The notes under the pieces were generated by a model. It searched no databases. It saw nothing but the letters and a program-made list of their open reading frames with translations, and had not been told where the DNA came from. 64,000 nt of DNA from a virus. Each line of letters begins with the position of its first letter. Positions within the stretch are counted from its first letter, which is position 1. The stretch lies in the IMG/VR virus record IMGVR_UViG_3300010373_000040, positions 21,240 through 85,239 of that record; one strand, 5' to 3'. The translations under genes were made by a program, and so were the position numbers. Shown here one piece after another: positions 35,894 through 46,166 of this stretch.

Positions 35894-38329
35894 ATGGCTA
35901 AAGCTACCAGACAGAAATTACTATATTCTAAGAAAAATAAAGATTGGAGAAGGGAGTCTGTAGCATATTACTACCAGAGATGTAGACCAAACAATATACT
36001 TTTTCAGACATTATATAAAGCAGCTAATGGTGAGATAGATACTACTGACTATTCCTACATAACTAATCCTTATGGGAATGCTGTAGCTACTAGACCTGAA
36101 TTACAATCATATCCTGCTAAACTTAGAAACTATCCTATTATCCCAGAGATCATCCAATTGTTATTGGGAGAAAAGAGAGATAGACCTCTTTTAAGTTCTG
36201 TAATAGCTATTAATCCAGATACTATCAATAGAAAGAAAGCTGAGCAAGTTATTGCCATGAAAGGAGCTTTACAGCAAACCTTTGTAAATACTCTTAATGC
36301 TTTAGGGATGGATACTGGATTAGATACTAAACCAGTTCCTCCTTTAGATGAGTTTATGACTTCTCTGGATGATAATTGGGCTGATCAGAGATCTGTAGTA
36401 GGTCAGGAAGTACTTAATTACATCATTGAGGACCTAGATATTCCTGAGAAGTTTATACAGGCTTTTAAACATTGGTTAGTAACAGCTACTACCTATACTA
36501 TTAAAGATGTAATCAATGAAGATATTGTCTATAGAATCCTAAACCCTAAACATGTTGGATTTATAGCAGATGAAAATACTGAATATGTAGAGGATGCTGA
36601 AGCTGTCTGTGTGGATGAGTACATGTCCAAAGCTTCATTTTTAGACAGATATTGGTCTTTAATTCAAGAAACTATTATAGCTAATCCTGATCAGACAGAA
36701 AAGCAAACTAGAGAAGACCTTACTGATACTATAGATAGAGATGATAGATATACTACTAATAATCTTATCACAACCTTTGGCTCTTCCAGTAATTTATCTT
36801 CTGGTTTTTCTACAAGTTTGTATGATACTAACTTGTCTAGCTCTCAATTTATAGGGGTACTCGGTGAGAACATTAAGGTCAGTTATGTGAACTGGACCTC
36901 AATGAAGCTTATTAAGAAAGTAGCTATAATGAATGAAACAGGAGAATTAGAGACTATAATGGTTCCTGATGATTATAAAGTAGAACCAGCTTTTGGTGAA
37001 ACTCTTATTGAAGAGTACTGGGTAAATGAGAAGTGGGAGGGGTATGTAGTAGATAATGATAAATTCTATTTTGGGGTACAACCTATCCCTATTCAAAGAA
37101 ATGGTATCAATAATAAATCTTCTTGTAAGAATCTTATTAATGGTAGAATCAGAAGAATGGGTGATAGAAAGGCTTTATCTGTTGTAGAGCTTTTAATGCC
37201 TTTCCAACATCTATATAACTTTGGTCACTATAAGTTAAATAACATCTTAGCTAAGAATAAGGAGAAATTACTTCTTATGCCAATGGGATTAATGCCTGAT
37301 AAAAATGGCTGGGATATGTATACTACTATGTATCATGCAGATGCTAATGGTTTTATGTGGGTTGATGAAACCAAAGAGAACTTTATTACTGCAGTAAACG
37401 CTATTAAAGCTATTGATCTAGGTCTTGGTAATTATATAGAGTTTATGTATAGGTATCTACAGAATATTAAAGCTGAGGCTGAAGGAGTGGTAGGTATCAA
37501 TCCTCAAAGAAAGGCTGCTGTATCTGCTGGAGATGGATTAGGTACTACACAAACTGCTATAGCTCAATCTAGTGTTATTACTGCAGATCTATTTGAAGAC
37601 TTTGAGAAGTTCCAGGAGAAAGATCTTTGTGGGCTTTTGGACCTATCTAAATTTGCTTACATCAGTGGTAAGAAAGCAGCTTATTTGAACTCTGCAGGTA
37701 GAACAGCTTTCCTTGAGATTAATGCTGAAGATGAAGACTTCTCTGAATCTGAGTTTGGTGTTAAGGTATCTTCTTCTGCTAAAGAGAAAGAGAAGTTTGA
37801 TAAGATGAAGCAATTTGCTGAGACTTTAGCTAGTCAGAAAGTTAAAGCTTCTCAATTAGCTGCTATACTTAATGCTGAATCTAACTTTGGTAAGTTAGTT
37901 ACAGAACTTAAAGAAATTGAAGCTCAAGAAGATGCTCTAGCGCAACAAACTGCTCAAGCAGAAGCTGACTTCAAGAACCAAGAGCTACAGAGTAAAATGC
38001 AGTTAGAGCAACAGAAGATTAATCTTAAAATGTATGAGATTGATCAGAATAACATCACTGCTGAGAAGGTAGCTCTTATTCAGTCTGAGACTCAATTATT
38101 AGGATTGGATAAGAATCTTAATGGGGTAGATGATTCTCTAGAGGTAGAGAAAAATGCTTTAGCTAGAGATAAGCATCTTAATGAGATGGGTTTAAAGCAA
38201 AGAGAGCTTGATATGAAAGCTAGTGAAACTAAGATAAAGGCCGATACAGAGATATATAAAGCTGATACAATGCTTAAAATCGCCCAGGAAAACCAAAATA
38301 AAGCAGAAATTAAAGCTAAAAAGAAATAA
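35894..38329 (+). CDS. Portal protein
   Basis: 811 aa after TerL; PAKLRNYPII..IIQLLLGE, WVNEKWEG, GINPQR; coiled-coil C-terminus. Confidence 0.9.
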   Translation: MAKATRQKLLYSKKNKDWRRESVAYYYQRCRPNNILFQTLYKAANGEIDTTDYSYITNPYGNAVATRPELQSYPAKLRNYPIIPEIIQLLLGEKRDRPLLSSVIAINPDTINRKKAEQVIAMKGALQQTFVNTLNALGMDTGLDTKPVPPLDEFMTSLDDNWADQRSVVGQEVLNYIIEDLDIPEKFIQAFKHWLVTATTYTIKDVINEDIVYRILNPKHVGFIADENTEYVEDAEAVCVDEYMSKASFLDRYWSLIQETIIANPDQTEKQTREDLTDTIDRDDRYTTNNLITTFGSSSNLSSGFSTSLYDTNLSSSQFIGVLGENIKVSYVNWTSMKLIKKVAIMNETGELETIMVPDDYKVEPAFGETLIEEYWVNEKWEGYVVDNDKFYFGVQPIPIQRNGINNKSSCKNLINGRIRRMGDRKALSVVELLMPFQHLYNFGHYKLNNILAKNKEKLLLMPMGLMPDKNGWDMYTTMYHADANGFMWVDETKENFITAVNAIKAIDLGLGNYIEFMYRYLQNIKAEAEGVVGINPQRKAAVSAGDGLGTTQTAIAQSSVITADLFEDFEKFQEKDLCGLLDLSKFAYISGKKAAYLNSAGRTAFLEINAEDEDFSESEFGVKVSSSAKEKEKFDKMKQFAETLASQKVKASQLAAILNAESNFGKLVTELKEIEAQEDALAQQTAQAEADFKNQELQSKMQLEQQKINLKMYEIDQNNITAEKVALIQSETQLLGLDKNLNGVDDSLEVEKNALARDKHLNEMGLKQRELDMKASETKIKADTEIYKADTMLKIAQENQNKAEIKAKKK

Positions 38330-38330
38330 G

Positions 38331-38537
38331 ATGAAAAAACTAAGAGATATTCCTACAGATGCTTATACTAAGTATGCTAAGGGTGGCATTCATATCAAAG
38401 CTGCCAACAAAGGGAAATTTGACGCCACTAAAAAGAGGACTGGAGAGTCTACTGAAGAGTTAACTCATTCTAAAAATCCAGTCACAAAGAAGCGGGCTAT
38501 ATTTGCTCAAAACGCCTCTCACTGGAAAAAGAAATAG
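38331..38537 (+). CDS. Small basic (probable virion) protein
   Basis: YAKGGIHIK..NKGKF...KKRAIFAQNASHW. Confidence 0.7.
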   Translation: MKKLRDIPTDAYTKYAKGGIHIKAANKGKFDATKKRTGESTEELTHSKNPVTKKRAIFAQNASHWKKK

Positions 38538-38539
38538 TT

Positions 38540-39256
38540 ATGCCAGATAATAAGCCAAAGAAAAAAGCTGCAGCAACTCCTAAACCTAGTGTTTTAAGAA
38601 TAGCTGATTATAATGAATATGTCTCTAGAAAAAGAGCCTATGATGATAGTTCCACCACCTATCAGAACTCTATAGACAATCATAATAAACTTTTAGCTAT
38701 AGGCATGAAGAAGACAGGCTCTTCTAAACCCACAAAAGATGAAGCTGATGAAATGCTAGTTACTGGTGGAACCATGAATAATTTTAAGCATTCTTATACA
38801 GATGAATCAGGTAATACAGTAAATAAGAAAGCTAAACTTTTTCAAACCACATCTTCTAAAATAGCTCCAGTTAAAACTAATACCTATACAGGAAAAGCTT
38901 TAACAGATGCTGATGGGGTATCTTATCAACAAGAAACTACCATTCCTATTTATAAAGCTCCTTCTCAGAGAGTAGCTTATGATGATTCTATTGATAGAAA
39001 GGCAGCAGAGATAGTTAAACAACAAGCTCCTGCAGAAAAGGCTAGAGATCTTCATGCTAAAAGAAGTGTAGGGGGCTATAAGAAGGTAGCTTCTTCTGAT
39101 CCTAAATATAAGAATTTGAGAGAATATTCTACCTACAAACAGAATTCTGATAGTTTGGTAGAAGATCCATTTAAGAAGAAAATGATTGAAAATAGAAATA
39201 AGACACTTTCTAAACCTACTACAAAGGCACTTCCTAAGAGAAATTCTGGAACTTGA
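38540..39256 (+). CDS. Basic hypothetical protein
   Basis: ORF track; within head module. Confidence 0.65.
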   Translation: MPDNKPKKKAAATPKPSVLRIADYNEYVSRKRAYDDSSTTYQNSIDNHNKLLAIGMKKTGSSKPTKDEADEMLVTGGTMNNFKHSYTDESGNTVNKKAKLFQTTSSKIAPVKTNTYTGKALTDADGVSYQQETTIPIYKAPSQRVAYDDSIDRKAAEIVKQQAPAEKARDLHAKRSVGGYKKVASSDPKYKNLREYSTYKQNSDSLVEDPFKKKMIENRNKTLSKPTTKALPKRNSGT

Positions 39257-39323
39257 TAAGAAATAGGATAATAGAGTTTCTAGATTTTAAAAATAACAGA
39301 GGTTTTAACACAAACCTATTTTA

Positions 39324-39331
39324 TATATTTG
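39324..39331 (+). promoter_or_regulatory. TAnnTTTG promoter element before scaffold/capsid operon
   Basis: TATATTTG in intergenic region. Confidence 0.55.
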
Positions 39332-39358
39332 AGTACCTACACACTAAACTAAACACTT

Positions 39359-40435
39359 ATGAGTACTAAAGATAAAGATCCTTTAGAGGATATTGATTAT
39401 GCTAAGTTAAATGAACTTAGTACTACAGGAGGAACTAATGATGAATATCTACATCCTGAAGAAGAAACTGAGGAAACAGAAGAAACTACTGAAGAAGAGG
39501 TAGAAGAACAAGCTGAAGAAGGAAATATACCAGAAACTGTTTTAGACAGCACTGAAGAAAGTGGTATAGAGTTCTTTATTAGTGATTTTCAAACTAAAAC
39601 AGGTTTGGAGTTTTCTGATGAAGAATTAGAGGTAGCTGCTGGATTAGGAGAAGATATTGAATCACTTAGTGAATTAGCTCTATTAGCTGGTAGAAAGATA
39701 GCAAATGCAGAATTAGAAGGATTCTATGCAAAAAACCCTGACTTATATGAAGCACTTCTTTATAAGCAAGCTAATGGCTCTCTTAGTGGATTCGGTAAAG
39801 AAGTTGGTAGTCCCGACTATTCCACTTTAGATCTAGATGAGGTAGATAATCAAAAATTGATTTATACTGAATACAGGAGGTTAAAAGGAGATACTGATGA
39901 AGAAATTGCTGAAGCTATTGAGTTAGCTGAAACAAAGAATATTCTTCAAAAGAAAGCTGAGGATGCTAAAGAAGTAGTAACTAAACATTTTGCTAAAGCA
40001 GAAGAAACTAGAAAGAAGAATCTAGAGATTACTATAGCAAAAGAAAGAGAAGAAGAACAAGCTATTGTAAAGCAGGTCTTTGATATTATTGATACTGGAA
40101 AGATAATGGGTGTTCAATTATCTAAGAAGGAGCAACAAGAATTTAAGGACTTCTTAGCTAAACCTGTAGATAAAGATGCTAATACAGCAAAAAGTTTAGC
40201 TTACGATAAGCTGACTATTGAGCAAGAACTTCTTATTGATATGTTTGTAAAGAATGGGTTTAAGAACATAGCTGCAATTGAAAAACCAACTGTAGATAAG
40301 CTTAAAAAACTTAAAGAAAACCTAAAAAATAGAATTCCTCCGGTGGGTGATACCAAGAAAGGTCAAGATTTGAAGCAAGGGACAGGAGCTGATGAATTTG
40401 ACTTTAAGGCAATGGAGGAGATGCTTAAAAAGTAA
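39359..40435 (+). CDS. Putative capsid scaffolding protein
   Basis: Acidic N-terminus, coiled coil, directly upstream of MCP. Confidence 0.7.
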   Translation: MSTKDKDPLEDIDYAKLNELSTTGGTNDEYLHPEEETEETEETTEEEVEEQAEEGNIPETVLDSTEESGIEFFISDFQTKTGLEFSDEELEVAAGLGEDIESLSELALLAGRKIANAELEGFYAKNPDLYEALLYKQANGSLSGFGKEVGSPDYSTLDLDEVDNQKLIYTEYRRLKGDTDEEIAEAIELAETKNILQKKAEDAKEVVTKHFAKAEETRKKNLEITIAKEREEEQAIVKQVFDIIDTGKIMGVQLSKKEQQEFKDFLAKPVDKDANTAKSLAYDKLTIEQELLIDMFVKNGFKNIAAIEKPTVDKLKKLKENLKNRIPPVGDTKKGQDLKQGTGADEFDFKAMEEMLKK

Positions 40436-40458
40436 AAACTAAATTTAATATATAAACT

Positions 40459-41907
40459 ATGGCTAATTTTAATCAGAAACTCAGCTTATATACAGATACG
40501 TATAATACGGATAAGTATACCAGCATTAACTACCTAGCTGCTGGAAAGCTTGCAGCTGCTGAGGAGTTAACCACTACAGTTGTTCAATTGTATGGTAACT
40601 GGTCAGACAGGTTCCCTCTTTATCTATCTACAAAAGGTAGAAAAGGTGGTACTAAAATGATCAAGTCTCCAGATGCTTTGTTCACTATCCCTATTATGGG
40701 TAAACCAAAGAAGTCTTCCTCTATTGCTAAAACAATCTATGCTGCTACAGATAAGATTGGTGCTGGTAAAGCAGAGTTCTACATCTACATGGTAGATAAG
40801 TGGTTGAAAAAAGGTGACATTGTTGAAACATACAAAAAGAATAAACTTAAAATCCAAGAACAAGATAGAGAAGAAGGTGGCTATTACAGGTATATTGCTC
40901 AAGTAGTAGGTGCTGATTCTTTGAACTACCTTACTAATGATGAGATTTCTCCAGGTAGAAAACTAGCTGTGATGTACCAAGGTGCTGGTCTTGTTAATTC
41001 TAGAGGTAGAGAATCCCGTTCTCAAGCTCCTGCTAGAATGCAGAACCAATGTGCTTTCTTGAGAAATTCTTATAATTGGAAAGGCAATATTGAAAATAAA
41101 GTTATGGCTATTGATTTGCCTACAATGAGTGGTACTACTACTTTGTGGCAACAATGGGAGTTGTTTCAATTGGAACTTCACCAAATGGAAGAGACTGAAA
41201 ACTACTTGTGGTATTCAGAATGGAACAGATCCCCTGAAGGTATTGTAATGGATACAGATCCTGATACTGGAGAGAAAATGCCATTTGGTTCTGGTTTGCT
41301 AGAACAAATCCCTAATCAATCTACTTATGGTCAATTGACTGTAGAGAAGATTAAAAGAGTAGTGCGTGATGTAATGTATAACTCTGCTGCTGATAAAGTA
41401 CGTGAAATTACTCTTTATACAGGTAGAGGTGGTCAAGAACAATTTGACCTTGCAATGAAATCAGATCTAGTAGGAATGGGTTACCAATATCAACAATCTA
41501 CTAAACAGATCTCAGGAACTCCAAACTCTCATGATCTAGTTTACGGATCTTACTTTGGTACTTTCAAACATGTTGATGGTCACACAGTATCTATCAAGTA
41601 TCTACCATTACTAGATCTTGGTGCTAGAGCTGAAGCTGCTCCTAAACATCCTTTGTCAGGTCTTCCAATTACATCTTATGATATGTATTTTGTAGATGAG
41701 TCAGTGATTGATGGTATGCCAAACATCCAGTATGTTCAAGAAGAAGGTAGACAAGAAATCAAGAAATTCATTTATGGTTTGAATGCTAAAGACCAAAATA
41801 TAATATCTTCTGATGCAGATGCTTCTTCTGTACAAATGGGTAGATCAGTGGGTATCCACATGTTTAATCCTATCAACTCATTCAAGTTAATTTGTAACTT
41901 GTCTTAA
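40459..41907 (+). CDS. Major capsid protein (crAss-like)
   Basis: 482 aa; GSGLLEQIPN, LYTGRGG.EQFD, YGSYF..FKHVDGH, HPLSGLP; strong terminator follows. Confidence 0.9.
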   Translation: MANFNQKLSLYTDTYNTDKYTSINYLAAGKLAAAEELTTTVVQLYGNWSDRFPLYLSTKGRKGGTKMIKSPDALFTIPIMGKPKKSSSIAKTIYAATDKIGAGKAEFYIYMVDKWLKKGDIVETYKKNKLKIQEQDREEGGYYRYIAQVVGADSLNYLTNDEISPGRKLAVMYQGAGLVNSRGRESRSQAPARMQNQCAFLRNSYNWKGNIENKVMAIDLPTMSGTTTLWQQWELFQLELHQMEETENYLWYSEWNRSPEGIVMDTDPDTGEKMPFGSGLLEQIPNQSTYGQLTVEKIKRVVRDVMYNSAADKVREITLYTGRGGQEQFDLAMKSDLVGMGYQYQQSTKQISGTPNSHDLVYGSYFGTFKHVDGHTVSIKYLPLLDLGARAEAAPKHPLSGLPITSYDMYFVDESVIDGMPNIQYVQEEGRQEIKKFIYGLNAKDQNIISSDADASSVQMGRSVGIHMFNPINSFKLICNLS

Positions 41908-41929
41908 TTATCAATAAGTACACAATAAG

Positions 41930-41961
41930 AAAGGGGAGCATAAACAACTCCCCTTTTATTT
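41930..41961 (+). terminator. Intrinsic terminator after MCP
   Basis: AAAGGGGAG-cataaacaa-CTCCCCTTTTATTT. Confidence 0.8.
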
Positions 41962-41983
41962 ATAACCTAAACCAAATACTAAA

Positions 41984-42886
41984 ATGACTGAGCAAAAATT
42001 TGTAACACTTAGAGTAAAACCTAATGGTAGAATCCCTGCAGAAATTCATTCTGACACTAAATACTACTTAGGTAGTGGTTTTGATTCTGAAACTAATGAT
42101 GTTTTGAGAGGGCTTACTCTAGATGAAGAAAGAGTTCTACTACCTACTATGAAAGGTATTGGTTGTACTGCAGATTCCCCAGAGTTCTATGATAAAGTAA
42201 GGACATTCTGGAATAACATTGATATAGAAATAGATCCCGTATTAGGCAAGAAACTTAATGTAACTACTACAGAAGCAGAGGTTAAGTTTGTAAGAGATGG
42301 TAAGCAAATTACTGAAAAAATGCAAATGCCAGTAAATAAGGTTGATTATATTCATTACAGGTTAGCATTGAAGCATTCAGAAGTGGCTCCTAATCTTGCA
42401 GAATGTAGATCTAGAAAACAATTCATGTGCTATATTGAAGATCTTGGAGCTGAAACCAAATCCAAAACAGAAGCTTTAGCTATCAGAAATAAAGCAAGAA
42501 CTAAATATTTGGAAATTGCTGGAGGTGAAGTTAAGGATGAATCTGTATTAAGGTCTATTGCTGTAGCTATGAAGGACATTCATAATATGACAATTCCTTC
42601 TACTAAGGAAGGATTACTTATATTTATTGAAGAAGTTTCAGAGAAATATCCAGAAGCATTTACCGCTACTGCTTCAGATCCTAATCTAAAAGATAGAGCT
42701 TTTGTAATGGAGTTGTTGAATTACAACATCATTACTTCTGTAGCTAATAGTATTTTTGATGAGGCTTTAGGTATAGATGCAGTAGCTGATTCTCTAGATG
42801 CCTACATTAAACTAATTAACCTGGAGGGCAGATCTACCTACAAAGGGCAGAAGAAAGCACAACTACAAGCTAAAAAAGGTAAATAA
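41984..42886 (+). CDS. Conserved crAss-like protein downstream of MCP
   Basis: Synteny; FW.NI.I and P.N..DYI.YR.AL.H..VA. Confidence 0.7.
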   Translation: MTEQKFVTLRVKPNGRIPAEIHSDTKYYLGSGFDSETNDVLRGLTLDEERVLLPTMKGIGCTADSPEFYDKVRTFWNNIDIEIDPVLGKKLNVTTTEAEVKFVRDGKQITEKMQMPVNKVDYIHYRLALKHSEVAPNLAECRSRKQFMCYIEDLGAETKSKTEALAIRNKARTKYLEIAGGEVKDESVLRSIAVAMKDIHNMTIPSTKEGLLIFIEEVSEKYPEAFTATASDPNLKDRAFVMELLNYNIITSVANSIFDEALGIDAVADSLDAYIKLINLEGRSTYKGQKKAQLQAKKGK

Positions 42887-43575
42887 TGAAAATATCCGAG
42901 ATATTTTATGAGGTTGACCAGAATATGCAAAATATGGGGAGTTATGTTTTTGGAAACATGCTACCTCAAGAACTTGCATTACAATGGGATAGAACTGTAA
43001 ATAAATACTTGGATAGCTATCTTAAACCTAGTGTAGCAGGGAATCTAGAGGGTATTGATGAAATTCAAATAGACATTGATACCCTCAGATTACTTAAAAT
43101 CATAGATGCTCCAATAACACTAACAGCAGGTGTCGGCACTCTACCAGCAGATTACAGAAACTTACTAAATGACAGAAGTCTTGTTACAGTATGTGGGAAT
43201 CCTCAGATTGTACCTAATAGGTTATTTGGAGATGAGGATTTATATCAAATTTTACAGAATCCTTTCACAAAGCCTAAATTACTCAGTCCTATCTCTCGCA
43301 TTTATGGTAATAGCATCAAAATCTACACAGACAACTTTGTTGTCCCAACTGTGTATATAGACTATATTCGTAAGCCAGTAAGTCTAACAGATTTAGGTTT
43401 AACATTTCCTAATACCTACTATGACACTGGATTTATGAATTATGACTACCAGGAATTCCCAACACAAGCCCTGCAAGTTATAATAGACAATATGAGAGAC
43501 AGATTGTTAGAGCTGGTAGAATCAGATAGATTGCCTTCAGCAGTTCAAGAAAGTCAGGATTTTGGTAAAAAGTAA
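42886..43575 (+). CDS. Head-tail ring/connector protein
   Basis: LPADYR, YIDYIRKP motifs; synteny. Confidence 0.65.
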   Translation: MKISEIFYEVDQNMQNMGSYVFGNMLPQELALQWDRTVNKYLDSYLKPSVAGNLEGIDEIQIDIDTLRLLKIIDAPITLTAGVGTLPADYRNLLNDRSLVTVCGNPQIVPNRLFGDEDLYQILQNPFTKPKLLSPISRIYGNSIKIYTDNFVVPTVYIDYIRKPVSLTDLGLTFPNTYYDTGFMNYDYQEFPTQALQVIIDNMRDRLLELVESDRLPSAVQESQDFGKK

Positions 43576-43596
43576 AAACTATAAAAACGATAAACT

Positions 43597-44916
43597 ATGA
43601 AGGAATTCTTAATTTCAAAAGCCACAGTATACGCTGGCTCTAAAGCTGCACCAACAACTGTTAGTTCAGCTACAACTCCTGATCTATTAGCTGATGGAGC
43701 TGTAGGTATTTATTACAGAGATCTATCTACTGGTACAGGTAAATTAGTCTTATTGACTGCTGCTGTAACTGGTAACATCTCTGAGACAGATATTATCTTC
43801 GCTCAAGGTACAGCCTCTGGTTGTGTAGTATGTAAAACGGTAAAAGCTAAGAATGCTATTAGTGTATACGCTGCTGAATATGCTGCTACTATTAAACAAG
43901 TATCTTTCTTAGGTTTTAATGGTGTTGCTGGTTCTTTAAATTTGAACCTTGCTACATTAGTAGACTATACTGATGCTGGTGTAGAAATTATCTCTAGGTT
44001 GGGTAAACCAAATCCTGAAGATGATTATACTTCTTCTTCTGCAACACTTATGGCTGTTGACACAGCTTACACTGCTGCTGGAAAAGTATCTGCTGCTATT
44101 AACAACGACAAGAAAGCTTTCTCTTATGTGATTGCCAATCTTCAAGTAGGAGCTGTAACAGCTACTGCTGCTTCTGGAGCAACATTCTTAAAAGGCTCTG
44201 CTTCTGTAACAGGTATTACTGCTGGTCTTACTACTGGTAACTATCTTACTCTTACAGTTGATCCTCAGACAGGTCTTATTGTAGCTATTGCTACTGCAAA
44301 CTCTATCTCTCAGCTTTATAAACTGACTGTATCTGGATCTACTGTTACATTAGATAGACCGTTTGAAGGTGCTTCTCAAACAGTATCTGCTACAGCTTTC
44401 AATGCTGCTACTACATCTTCTGGTACTGCTCCTACATCTGTAGGTCTTGCTATAGTAGGTGCTGTATCTCAATACCAACAATTCTCTGCTCTTGGAGAAG
44501 GTGCTTTTGTAAATGCTACTAGAACTCAACCTTCTGATGGTGCGCCTGCAGTAGGAATGTTCCCTGGAGCTGGTACAGTAGATCAAGTTCAAGCCTTAGA
44601 AGCAACCTACTTCCAAAATGCTGGATTCTGGGATACAGCAGATAAGTACATTAGAGGTCCAGTATCTCAAGTAGATACTACTAAGATTTATGATGTATAC
44701 TTCATGAAATTTGCTAACGTGTTTAATTCTTATGCTCCTCAAGAAGCTAGACTTACTGAAGAATATGAGATTAGACTTGCTGTAGTAGGTGGATCAGGTA
44801 ACCCCGCTGGTAATGCTATTATAGATGCAATCATTGTGTCATTGTTCTCTACTACTACTACTCCGGTATCTGTAGGTGAAACAATTAAAGAAGGACCTTT
44901 GAATCCTGCAGCTTAA
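43597..44916 (+). CDS. Putative auxiliary capsid/decoration protein
   Basis: Ala/Thr/Gly-rich; GAGTVDQVQALE, YDVY near C-terminus; own terminator. Confidence 0.6.
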   Translation: MKEFLISKATVYAGSKAAPTTVSSATTPDLLADGAVGIYYRDLSTGTGKLVLLTAAVTGNISETDIIFAQGTASGCVVCKTVKAKNAISVYAAEYAATIKQVSFLGFNGVAGSLNLNLATLVDYTDAGVEIISRLGKPNPEDDYTSSSATLMAVDTAYTAAGKVSAAINNDKKAFSYVIANLQVGAVTATAASGATFLKGSASVTGITAGLTTGNYLTLTVDPQTGLIVAIATANSISQLYKLTVSGSTVTLDRPFEGASQTVSATAFNAATTSSGTAPTSVGLAIVGAVSQYQQFSALGEGAFVNATRTQPSDGAPAVGMFPGAGTVDQVQALEATYFQNAGFWDTADKYIRGPVSQVDTTKIYDVYFMKFANVFNSYAPQEARLTEEYEIRLAVVGGSGNPAGNAIIDAIIVSLFSTTTTPVSVGETIKEGPLNPAA

Positions 44917-44938
44917 TCTCTTTAGTGTTTAGGTGTTT

Positions 44939-44975
44939 AAGGGCAGTTGGATTAAATATCTGGCTGCCCTTTTTT
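44939..44975 (+). terminator. Intrinsic terminator
   Basis: AAGGGCAGTTGGA-ttaaata-TCTGGCTGCCCTTTTTT. Confidence 0.8.
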
Positions 44976-44994
44976 ACAGTTTAAAGAAAGTATT

Positions 44995-45657
44995 ATGGTA
45001 GAAGCTAATATTAGCCTAAACAAATTGGCATATAATTTTGCACTTGTTAGAAATAGACAGTATGATAACTATTTTATAGAGAAGGTGAAAATGGACTGCA
45101 TTGGTGTGCGGGCTATGTTGATTAGGAGAGATCTTGAGAGAAATGGTATCTCTAGGGAGTTTCTACAATCGTTAGGTTGTATACCTTTGGTGTGTGCTGA
45201 TCCTAAAGAATGTTGTGTAGGTCTTCCTGCAGAATATGAACTGTTAAGAACAGATAGAAAAGTCCCTAAACCAGCTAGAACTAAAGACTCTGATAGTTTT
45301 TATTTTGTAGGAACTGTAGATAAGAGAAAATCATTCTATGAGATTCCTTTTGAGCTTTATGATTTTGTAGGTTATAATAAGTATACAGGAAATTTAACTT
45401 ACTATATCTACATGAATGATTATGTATATATAGTAAACCCTCCTACAGATACATTCAAATGGCTTAATATTACTTCTGTATTTGCAGATCCTAGACAAAT
45501 AGCTGATTTTCAAACATGTGAAGGAGATTGCTATTCAGATGATGATCCTTTCCCTTTATCAGAAGATTTGTTACCTTTACTTATGGCTGAGTTACTTAGA
45601 ATGTATTCTCAAGATCTGCCTACTGAAGACAAAGAAGTAAGGGTTAATAATAACTAA
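44995..45657 (+). CDS. Tail ring protein
   Basis: QSLGCIPL, NKYT...YYIYMNDYVYI, VFADP, DDPFPL; synteny. Confidence 0.7.
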   Translation: MVEANISLNKLAYNFALVRNRQYDNYFIEKVKMDCIGVRAMLIRRDLERNGISREFLQSLGCIPLVCADPKECCVGLPAEYELLRTDRKVPKPARTKDSDSFYFVGTVDKRKSFYEIPFELYDFVGYNKYTGNLTYYIYMNDYVYIVNPPTDTFKWLNITSVFADPRQIADFQTCEGDCYSDDDPFPLSEDLLPLLMAELLRMYSQDLPTEDKEVRVNNN

Positions 45658-45659
45658 AT

Positions 45660-46166
45660 ATGAAGAAAAAGAGGATTCTTTCAGATATTGTAAACAAAGA
45701 TTTCTATAGAAACTATTGTGCTACAGTTAAAAGTCCAGTATCTGAAAAAGTCTTTACTAGAGTATTAGATGCTCATAATGTTGAAATGTATAACTTAGTA
45801 GTAGATGGTTTTAGAGTCTATTTCCACAAAGGATTAAGTACATTTTCCATTATAGAGAAAAAGAGATATTTCAGAACTATGAAGAATGGAGAACCTATTC
45901 TTCCTGTTAACTGGAGTCTCACTAAATCTAGAAATGAGTATGATGAAAAAGGTTTCTTAGTAAGACAGTATATAATTGAAGATTACTATTATAAAGTAGC
46001 ATGGTATAAGTATTATGCTGAATATGCTATTAAGTATAAATTTATTCCTTGTAAAGCCTTTAGAATGAGCATATTTCAAAGAATAAAAGCTGATCCTTTG
46101 ATCAAGTTTAAATATAGAAGTAATGTTAGTGAAGTGAGACACTACGGTAAAGATAAAAACGTATGA
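45660..46166 (+). CDS. IHF-like protein of the crAss tail module
   Basis: PVNW..TK, YKFIPC motifs; synteny. Confidence 0.6.
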   Translation: MKKKRILSDIVNKDFYRNYCATVKSPVSEKVFTRVLDAHNVEMYNLVVDGFRVYFHKGLSTFSIIEKKRYFRTMKNGEPILPVNWSLTKSRNEYDEKGFLVRQYIIEDYYYKVAWYKYYAEYAIKYKFIPCKAFRMSIFQRIKADPLIKFKYRSNVSEVRHYGKDKNV

